The position numbers and the translations under genes are program-made. Shown here one piece after another: positions 13,511 through 22,621 of a DNA stretch of 64,000 bases (its first letter is position 1; every line of letters starts with the position of its first letter). The notes beneath the pieces were generated by a model that worked only from the letters and a program-made list of their open reading frames with translations, did not search any database and was not told the DNA's origin. This DNA is from Geosiphon pyriformis uo1. Its lineage: Eukaryota > Fungi > Glomeromycota. The stretch covers positions 192,757 to 256,756 of the forward strand of contig JAAOMT010000134.1 of assembly GCA_016748015.1 (NCBI GenBank), written 5' to 3'.

Positions 13511-14005
13511 ATAGTAAGTATTATTTAAAAAAAATTAAAAATAATATATTATTTTATAAAATTATATATATATATATATAATAGTTTTAATATTAAAAAA
13601 AAACACCTATAATTTTAGTTATATTTTTGGTTTTATCTTTAAAAAACAATAAAAAAATATTTAATATCTAATAAATCTTTAATTAATTAAAAAAAATAAA
13701 AAAATAATATTAAGAATTAAATTATTATTATAAATTTATTATAAAATTTACTTGTATTTATTCTTAAATAAAATTATTATTTATTAATTAAATTTTTTAA
13801 AAAATAATTTCAGATTAAAATTATTTTAATTATTATAAAATTATTGTTTTATTTAAAAAAAATGTTTGAAACTATTAATATTTTGTGTTTTTAAATTAAA
13901 AAAACATTTTAAACAATTGCAAAAATAACTTTAAAAAAAATTTAATAATAGTAAATAAATTTTAGATTAGTTTTTAAAACAAAATATATTATATATAACA
14001 AAAAT
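13511..14005. repeat. AT-rich foldback right arm, outer part
   Basis: Inverted homology to 5540-5870. Confidence 0.55.
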
Positions 14006-15294
14006 AAAACTTTTTTCTCTTGTTAATCTCTTGACCATAATGAAAACAAAATATATACCAAAATTATAACTTTCTCTTTTTTTTCCCTGTTTTTTCCCTA
14101 GTTATTTCTTTAAATATATTTTTATTTATTGTAATAAAACCAGTGGACTTGTCTACTGATGGTTCTAGCTTTGGCTTGGCTGGTTTAAAGACTTATTCTA
14201 ATACTAAAAAGAAGCATGTAAAAAGTGTCTACTCTTATGGTATGTCATTTAAAAAGCCAAAAAAACTTGAAACTAGTAATATTGTAGTTGACTTATCTAC
14301 TAATCCTATTAGTTTAGAGAATATTGTGAGCTCTAATATTAAACCTGTAGTGTCTTAAAAAAGCAATATTAATAGTATTACAAATAGTGTTAATGGTCTT
14401 TCAAATATTGAAAATATGAAAAATACAGTCATGAAAGAGACCAGTTATATTGATTTAGATGCTTTGGTGAATAACAAGATAGTAGATAACACTATGCCAA
14501 AAAAAACTTACACTCACACATATGTATTAAGTTACCTGTCAGAAGTGCCAAAATTTGATGTAATGAATAATAATGATAACATATTAGAACTTTTATCTTC
14601 TAAATTTGTTGGCTCTAAGCAATTGCCAATTAATAAGTCATGGATTTTGGAAAAATGTAATTTTGTGCTAGTTAAGTTTTTCATATTAGATATTGAATTA
14701 TCAGCTGTACTTAACAAAACTAATGAGGACAAATTGCTTTTTATTAAAAAAATTTTCTATTATATTGATGGTTTTGAAGAAGCTTTAATTCACTCAAAAT
14801 TTTCTGGCATTATAAGATCTACTTTTACTTTTGAATCAAGTTTAAGCAAAGCAAAAAATCTGGTTATTAGTAAAAAAATTTTGGTTAATAATAATATTAA
14901 GAAGATAAATAGTTGTTTAGATCAAGAAATAATTGTTAAAAAGATTTCAGTTAATTTTTCAAAGTCAGTTGTAAAGTTAGTTTTTTCTAAATTTGGTAAG
15001 ATTGTATTAATCAAAATACAACTGATTGGTTTTTGGCAAAAGGCTCTAGTGGAGTATAAATCATCTAAGATAGCTGATTTGGTCACAACTAAATAATCTG
15101 TGCTTATAAAAAAGGATTCTGTTTATGTAGTGAAAGCAATTGGTAATAAACAAATATAGATGTTCAGAGATCAATATTGAGCTTTGTTGTACACTTTGTC
15201 TATTAGGACTACTGCTTATAATTTTTCTGATTTGTTGGATTTTTATGGTAGGAAAACCTATTTTATTGGTCATAACCTAAATTTATATGTATGT
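14006..15294 (+). mobile_element. LINE copy E, 5' part (ORF1), interrupted by Gypsy F
   Basis: ORFs 14143-14358 and 14416-15096 are homologous to ORF1. The reading NLYVC|DRCAIICF resumes at 33038. Confidence 0.87.
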
Positions 15295-16142
15295 TATTAC
15301 AGTTGATTATTTGGGGTCTCGAATCAAATAACAAACTCGTAACTTGGTGCTCAAAAGCTATTTCCATTGATGATGTTCTGAAAGTGTTGTATCTGAAGGT
15401 TTTGATGGAGTCTTTTGTATAATGAACAGAGATTCAATAGTTGTTTTATCTATAGCTTCCCAGACTTACAAGTCTGTCAATTTTTTTCTCGGCTTAGTGG
15501 CCAGCAATCCTCTGGTAAGTAATCCATATCTTCTGTATGTGTCCTATTCTCTTGCAGAGGTCTTTTACCAGGCAATCCTTGATGTTAGTAATCAGTGCTT
15601 TTAATCAATTGGTTAGTGCACAATAACAAAATCACAGAAAATAAAGAAAATAAAGAAATCTAAAGAAATAAGCCAAGGCGATTTGCAGATTAGTATCCCA
15701 TCAATAACCATAATCAAGAGCTATTGTTCCAGCATGGTTAAGTATCAATTACTATCAACATGAAGTGTTAATAGTGGAGGGTGGATTGAGATATGGAATG
15801 ATTATTTATTTGATAATTGTGTTTTTAGGCTAAGGATTCTGTAATATTGATTCTGTCTTTTTTGTTTTTAACATTACTGCTATATATACATATTTGAGAT
15901 TCCTTAATTCCTCAATTCCTTGTGACAGAAATCTTGGAATTTTTGGAATCCTGCAATTCCTGATGAGAGGAATCTTGGAATTCTGGAATCCTGCGATTCC
16001 TCGTCAGAGAATCCTGAAATTCCTGGAATTCTGCAATTTTTCTAAGAGGAATCCTGGAATTCCATATTTACTACATCTACCTCTGATTGACTAATATTTA
16101 CTGACTAATAATACTATATTTTCCTATATTCTATATGTAACA
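15295..16142 (-). repeat. 3' LTR of F
   Basis: Direct repeat of 32192-33033 with T(A/G)TTAC...GTAACA termini. The PPT (AAAAGGAGAGAA on the minus strand) is adjacent at ~16145-16157. Confidence 0.95.
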
Positions 16143-16161
16143 TTATTCTCTCCTTTTAATA

Positions 16162-16850
16162 TTAAGCTCCGTTGAAATCTAATTCCTTTAATTCTCCTTC
16201 TTGAATTATTTCTTGAACTTCTTTTTTGAGTATTACTTGTGTTATTTGAATTTGTAATTTTTCAAATTGGGCATTGGTTATTTTTCCCAATTGATTACTT
16301 GTAACTGTGTCCATTGCTGTGTTGAGTAAGATTTCTGGTCGGTCTTAAAATCCCATATATAGCCGGTAAATGGCTCGAGCTTGTGTGGTTAGATTGTTCT
16401 TTCTCACAAATTGTTCCAGTTGTCTCAGTATTGTTGTGTCAAATAATCATTTTGTTTTGTTGGTGTACAAATTTTGTATATTTACGTGTTGTTCCAAGTA
16501 GAAATAGCAATAGTTTTTTGGAAATTGTTGCATCCACCAAGTCCAATTTTTTCTAGTAAGTTCTTGGTGTAGTCAGACTATTTGTTGTTCTTTTATGGCC
16601 ACTTTTATCTTGGTCATAATCTTGTCAACAACATTTTCAAGTCTTTTCTGTACTTTGTGTTGTAGTATCTTTGCCGTATTTTTGTAATGAATAGTTTGTT
16701 GATTGATTGTAATTTCTATTTCCTGGTGTTGAATTAATTGAAAAATTTGTTGGGCTAGTGAATAGATATTGTCTGTAATTTCCATTTTTCTGATCTCTTC
16801 TGTTATGTCAACTATGTTTTTTATATATTCTTTTGTCGATCAATTGGACA
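16162..16850 (-). pseudogene. F third coding region (env position), unknown helical protein
   Basis: A single frame broken by a few stops: MEITDNIY...YCYFYLE...ARAIYRLY...QLGKITNAQFEKL...DFNGA*. Confidence 0.7.
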
Positions 16851-16884
16851 TATTGTTGTTGATGATAATTATTGGTTCTAGATC

Positions 16885-18222
16885 TCATGGAATTTCATCT
16901 GGTTGGACTAGTATTTTCTGTACTCTCAATTGTGGAATATTATTGGTAGATGCTGATGCTATCTGGTGATATGGTTTCAGTTGATTATCATGTGCTGCTT
17001 TGGCTAAGATTCTGTTGTCTAGTCTTAATTTGTAAGCTTCATTTCCTAGAATTTCTTTTATGTGAAATAGTTTATCCCATTTGGGGTCGAATTTTCCACT
17101 CCATTGTTTTTCCACTTTGGTACAATGTAGTAATACTTTGTCTTCAATCTTGAATTTAACTGGTTTGTCTGGTAGTTGACTATCGTGTCTTTCTTTCTGT
17201 TTTTTTTGTGACTTTTGAATATTATCAGCTGCTCTTTTTTGTTTGTTTTCCAATGTTTTCATTAAGTCATATGTTTTTCTTAGCAATGTTTCTTGAAAAT
17301 TTTCTTCTGTTATTGGTTCAGCTAGATATGTATTAATTTCTCTCTTTACTGGTAATGTTGCTGTTCTACCATATACTAATTCAAATAGTATTGCTTGTGT
17401 AGTATCTTGCTTCATTGTCCAATAAGCAAATAATACTAATGGTATGAACAAATCCCATTCATCCTGGTTTTCTTGGCTGAGTTTGGCAATTGTTTCACAC
17501 AATGTTCTATTAAATCTTTCAACTAGACTATTTGTTTGTGGATGATATAATGATAATAGTGGTCTCTTAATTCCGAATCTCTGGCTTAATTCTGCTAATG
17601 TTCTATTCACAAAGTGGGTTTCTTGGTCTGATAATAGTTCTTTTGGACATCTATGTCGACAGATCAAATCTTGATGAATGAATTTGGCAACGGATTCTGC
17701 ATCCACTCTTTGAATTGCTTTCGCCTCTGGCCATTTAGTGAGATAGTTCATGGCTACTGCTATATATCTGTTTCCTCTGCTGGTAATTGTTAATGGTTCG
17801 ACTAAATCAATTCTAATCTGGTCAAATGGTTGTCCCATTTTGATTGGTCTTAATGGTTTACTGGGTTTTGTTCCTCCTCTTTGCTGACAAGCATCACAAT
17901 TTTGAACATATTGAATAATGTCTGGGTACATTAATGGCCAATAATATCTCTTTCTGGTTCTTTTCATGATTGCTTTTTTGTGAAAATGTCCTGCTGTTGG
18001 ATTTGAGTGCATGTTAAATAATATGGTATCTTTTTCTGACTTTGTAATTACTTTGGTTGGTTGATCTGGATTCCTTCTATTTTTCCGATAAAGTATATTT
18101 TGGTAAGTGATAAAATATTTTGATTGTTGTTTGATACTCTTTTGTTCTGTTTGAAATAAATTCTCCTTGAACTGTTGAGTGGTTATATAATGTTGAAGTT
18201 GTTGATATTTTTGTATGTTCAT
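16885..18222 (-). CDS. F integrase (HHCC, DDE core, GPY/F-like tail) as its own ORF
   Basis: 445-aa ORF containing MHSNPTAGH..CDAC, IRIDLV, LLSDQETHF, YHPQTNSLVERFN and KFDPKWDKLF. Confidence 0.9.
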   Translation of the reverse strand: MNIQKYQQLQHYITTQQFKENLFQTEQKSIKQQSKYFITYQNILYRKNRRNPDQPTKVITKSEKDTILFNMHSNPTAGHFHKKAIMKRTRKRYYWPLMYPDIIQYVQNCDACQQRGGTKPSKPLRPIKMGQPFDQIRIDLVEPLTITSRGNRYIAVAMNYLTKWPEAKAIQRVDAESVAKFIHQDLICRHRCPKELLSDQETHFVNRTLAELSQRFGIKRPLLSLYHPQTNSLVERFNRTLCETIAKLSQENQDEWDLFIPLVLFAYWTMKQDTTQAILFELVYGRTATLPVKREINTYLAEPITEENFQETLLRKTYDLMKTLENKQKRAADNIQKSQKKQKERHDSQLPDKPVKFKIEDKVLLHCTKVEKQWSGKFDPKWDKLFHIKEILGNEAYKLRLDNRILAKAAHDNQLKPYHQIASASTNNIPQLRVQKILVQPDEIP

Positions 18223-18287
18223 CTTTTATTGTATTTTTCATTGGTATTGTTCTGGTTTTTGTTATATTTTTGGGTTTTAAAATGTTT

Positions 18288-19901
18288 TTAGATTTGTTTT
18301 ATTCATGACAAACCGTCAGCATTTCTGTTGTCTTTTTCTTTCTTATAGTGTATAGTATAAGTATATCATAATAGTGCCATTTTCTATCTGGATTGGTGGC
18401 CATCATCAAATTCTTGCTTTTGAAGCGACGTTAACCCTTTATAATCCGTGTATATATCAAACTTTTGGCTCAAGTATTTGTTCCACTTCATGACTGCCCA
18501 ATAGATTGCCAAATGTTCTAGTTCTGGTGTTCTATAGTTCTTTTCGGCTGGTGTTAGACCTTGGCTGGCATAAGCTACTGAATGTTCTCTGCCATCTGGT
18601 TCCTTCTGAGATAGTACTGCTCTCAATGCTTGGCCTGAAGCATCGGTGGTAATAATAAATGGTTTGTTGTAATCTGGGTAGATCAGTACTGGAGCTTGAA
18701 TGAGCTTTCTTTTCAAAATATCAAAAGTTTCTTGTTGACTTTTTGTTCATTCATATTTGGTATTCTTGGTTTGCAGATTATTGAATGGTTGAGCTATCTT
18801 TGAAAAGTTCTTTATAAAGCATTGATAATAACTTGCAAATTCCAAGAATGATTTCAATTCAGTCACATTGGTTAGTACTGGAAAGTTCTTTACTATCTCT
18901 ATTTTCTCTGAATCCATTTTGATGCTGTCTTTACTGACTATATGTCCCAAGAATTTTAGTTCTGTCTTGCCAAAGAAGCACTTTGTTGCATTTAACTTTA
19001 GTCCTGCTCTTTTTAGTCTTTCAAACACTTGTTGAAGATGATGAAGATGATCATCAAATGTTTTTGAGAATACATTGGTGTCATCCAAATATACAATTAC
19101 TGATTTCCACAATAAGCCAGTATAAACAATTTCTATTAGCTATTGGAAAGTGGCTGGGGTGTTGGTCAAGCCAAATGGCATCACTTCAAATTCGAAATTC
19201 CCTTCTCTAGTGGTGAATGCTGTCTTCTCTTTGTCAGCTGAATTTATGGCTACTTGCCAATAACCACTATCTAAGTCTAATGTTGAGAACCATTTGTTTC
19301 CGCCAAAAGCATCAAATAATTTCTGTATTTGTGGAGTTGAATAGCTGTCTTTACGAGTTATACTGTTGAGTTTTCTGTAATCCACACAAAATTGGATTTT
19401 CTCATTCTTTTTATGGACAAGTACTACTGGTGACAATCATGGACTCATTGATAGTTGAATTAGCCCATTGTCAAGCATTCAGTTTATTTCTTGACAAATA
19501 ATCTTGTGGCTGGCTGGCAGCACTCTGTATGCTCTTTGTTTGATTGGCATTGCATCTCCAGTCTTGATCTGATGCTGGATGATGTTAGTTCGGCCAAACT
19601 CATTTTCACTGGCAAAAATGTCATTGAAATTGTTGAGCAACATCTTGAGCTACATACATTGGAGTGGATCTAAGTTTCCCATGTTCATTTGTTCTAATTG
19701 TTCTGGTTAGAACAAATAACATTCATCTCGTCCATAGATTGTTTGTGATGTGATGTCAACATATCCACAAAGTTGTGGAAAGTCTGGAATGGGGTTTGGT
19801 GGTTGGTCTTCTATTTCTATGGTTAAATATCTGATGGTAGTTCCTTTTGGTATGTTAATGATATTGCCAGTGTTGTTGTAGATAGGAATTTTTATGCAGC
19901 T
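18288..19901 (-). pseudogene. F pol 3' part: RT and RNase H
   Basis: SPVVLV..FCVDYRKLN, LDLDSGYWQ, MPFGLTN, VYLDDT, TTDAS..AVLSQ, ELEHLAI and NADGLS, followed by a stop. Confidence 0.92.
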
Positions 19902-19905
19902 ATAG

Positions 19906-20583
19906 TGTTACGGGTTGAAGTAACAAGCTAACGGATAGCAAGAGAGAACAGTATTGTATGGTGATGGAAATAAACAAAGAAGAAATTACAATAAGGGAGC
20001 AAATTGAATAAGTAGGAATTCAATGTGCATGATCAGTCTCATAAAAATCACAGTCGCTAATCTTTTCTTAAATCTAAAGGTAGAAGAATAGTCCATAATT
20101 GTCAACAAGATAACACTGCTGCTATTATTCTATGCCTCAACTCGGCGATTCTTAGAATCAATAACAGGTATCATTGTACTTTTTAATCATTTTTTTATTC
20201 AATAAATTACAAGAGCAAGCCAATTGCTTTTCAGGCTAATTCTAACAAATACAAATCAAGAAGGGGAAAAGATAAGATATGTGAATGCCAACAAGTAGAT
20301 ACTTGAAGATAAGAAAAGGAGAATAAGCAATTATGAGAGGAAGTAATTAATATTGTTTATTTTGTTACTTTGATCATGTCTTTCTACAGCTAAGGGAATC
20401 ATCACTTATATAGCTATCTAAAATGGTCAATGACCAGGTCAATGATCAGGTCAATGATCAGATCAATGGTCAGGTCATTGATTAGGTCAATGATCACTAT
20501 CTAAAAATAGGGTGGCTAATTATATGACATCAGTGGCTAATACATGTGATAATTAATAAAAACTATGTGTTTCAACCATAACA
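19906..20583 (-). repeat. 3' LTR of G (6 copies of a 12-bp U3 repeat)
   Basis: TGTTAC...ATAACA termini. The PPT (GGAGAGGATGA on the minus strand) is at 20584-20594. Confidence 0.95.
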
Positions 20584-21245
20584 TCATCCTCTCCAAAGAG
20601 ATTGAGCTCTGGCGAAATCAAACTATTTATGGGATAGTCTATGTAAAGGGTTTTGTCTAACTCAAAACTAACTAGTCTGTTGAAGTCTTTTGTGGATAGA
20701 ATATATAGTACTTGAGACAAAATAAGCTTTGTATCCAAGAGACCAAATCTTTGTATAAGAGTTCTGGCTCTTCTTGCAATGGTCAAAACTCTTGGGACAT
20801 CTAAATGTATAATGCCCAAAATTTCCACTTGTATCTCTGAAGTTGTTTTCTTCATGAGCTTCATGTCTTCTATGATTTCACCAAGACAACCATAGAGTTC
20901 TAGTTGTCTTCCATATGACAAGTTTTTGTCTATGGGCAAGATTTCTTGTATTGTTTTTCCAATTGTGCTGGAAGGTAAAAGTATCACTGCTGTTATGCTT
21001 TCCAGCAGGTATTTATCCATTTTGCCACCAATTCTTTCTCTTCTGGTAGTTGTTTTCTTTGGTCTAATAACAGTGTGAGTTCCACTGTTGTCTGTTATAG
21101 TGGTTTGTTTTCCGATAGTCAGAGTAGCATTTGGATAGTTTTTAATCCAGTACTCATGGAGAGTATAGAAAGCATTTTGAATGTTTGATCCAGGAAATAA
21201 TTGTTCATGTTGATTGAAGATACCTCTGTTTTGGGAATAGTGCAT
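20553..21245 (-). CDS. G ORF3, intact 230-aa protein of unknown function in the env position
   Basis: The ATG lies 10 nt after the integrase stop (21256). The ORF stays open through the PPT and 31 nt into the 3' LTR. No signal peptide or TM helix is evident. Confidence 0.75.
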   Translation of the reverse strand: MHYSQNRGIFNQHEQLFPGSNIQNAFYTLHEYWIKNYPNATLTIGKQTTITDNSGTHTVIRPKKTTTRRERIGGKMDKYLLESITAVILLPSSTIGKTIQEILPIDKNLSYGRQLELYGCLGEIIEDMKLMKKTTSEIQVEILGIIHLDVPRVLTIARRARTLIQRFGLLDTKLILSQVLYILSTKDFNRLVSFELDKTLYIDYPINSLISPELNLFGEDDVMVETHSFY

Positions 21246-21255
21246 TTATTTATAT

Positions 21256-22568
21256 CTAATTTTTGCTGATCATTTGGGTCGGTATTATCACAACAAGTAA
21301 CCAATCAGGTCGTTTGTGATATTTTTTGAGTCGCGTGCCATAAACAGGGCAATCACTGAATATTGTTCTATATTAATCTTGTAAGATATAAGAACCATTG
21401 TTCAAAACTTTGTTGACTATAAAAGATCTTTTCCACTGGCTAGAGAATTTATTACCATAGACATTGTCTCTGTCTGAATGGTATTCCAAAACTAAGTCAC
21501 CAACACTTAAGAAAAGTGTTTTATAGGTCTTTTTCTTTTTGAGCTTCTCTTGGAACTGTTTTATCTTTTCAAAGGCAATTATCCGTGCTTCTACCAATGA
21601 GTCAAGAATGGTACCTAGTCTTCTTTGCAAATGTCCTTGTAATCTCCTATTGTTATTTCTTCAAAAGGTATTGTTTCTATATCCATTTCTATTGATAAAG
21701 TTGCCATTTGTCCATAGAGCAGATAAAAGGGTTCATAACTTGTTATGTCATGATTCACAGTTCTGTAAGCAAACAAGGCTGAAGGCAATACTTTGTCCCA
21801 TAGGTTGGTTTCTTCACTGGTTTTGGCTAAGGTTTCACATAGTGTTCTATTAAAATGTTCCACTAGGTTATTTGTTTTGGGGTGATAAGGGGAAGAGAGT
21901 TTATGACATATTCCCATTTTTCTGCAAAGTTCTTCAACCAGTGTACTGAGAAAAGCTCTTCCTCTGTTAGATAAAAGTTTTTTGAAACAGCCATGGTGAC
22001 AAATGATATCTTTATAAATAAAATTGGCAATTGAGACTGCTGTTTGATCTGGGGTGGCTTTTGCTTCTACCCACTTTGTAAGATAGTTGGTAGCTGTAAT
22101 AATGTATCTGTTGCCATCAGGAGTTACTGTTAAAGGTCTAACAATATCTATACCAATTCTATCAAATGGTTGACCAATAGAGATTGGATGGATATCTTCC
22201 TTGCGATTGGGTTTTTCTCTTCTTTGGCAGGTATTACAGATTTTGATGTATTCAGCAATGTCTTTTCCCAAGGTAGGCCAATAATAGCGAACTAAAGTTT
22301 TCTGAATTGTTTTTGTTTTTCCAAAGTGTCCAGCTAATGGATCAGTGTGCATATTGTAGATCACAATTTCTCTTTCTTCAAATCTAATGACTCTCTGGGG
22401 GCAGTCAGGATCTTTTCTATTTCTTTTATATAATTGGTTCTGGCAAATCAAATAGAAATTTGATTGTTTGTGCAAATGTTCTCTTTGCTGTCGAGTATAG
22501 TCTGGCGGGTATTGTCCTTTACCCAAAAATTTCATTAAAGCAGAGTAGTTGTCCAAGTCCATTATCAT
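21256..22568 (-). pseudogene. G integrase, separate ORF (one frameshift, one stop)
   Basis: MHTDPLAGH..CNTC, IGIDIV, YHPKTNNLVEHFN and KFSSQWKRSF. Confidence 0.9.
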
Positions 22569-22621
22569 GTTTGTTTGTGGGGAAGTTACAAATAATTAAG
22601 TTGGTTTGGTTTGAGAGGGTT

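Noticed and set aside
15894-16094. Duplicated 66-aa ORF (also 32785-32985)
   Set aside because: It is a translation of the LTR tandem array, has a TTG start and is antisense to the element.
20425-20496. Short repeat arrays in LTRs as possible CRISPR arrays
   Set aside because: There are no unique spacers, no cas genes, and the context is eukaryotic LTR sequence.
20553-21245. ORF3 as a retroviral-type envelope protein
   Set aside because: There is no evident signal peptide, transmembrane anchor or Cys pattern, and it is short.
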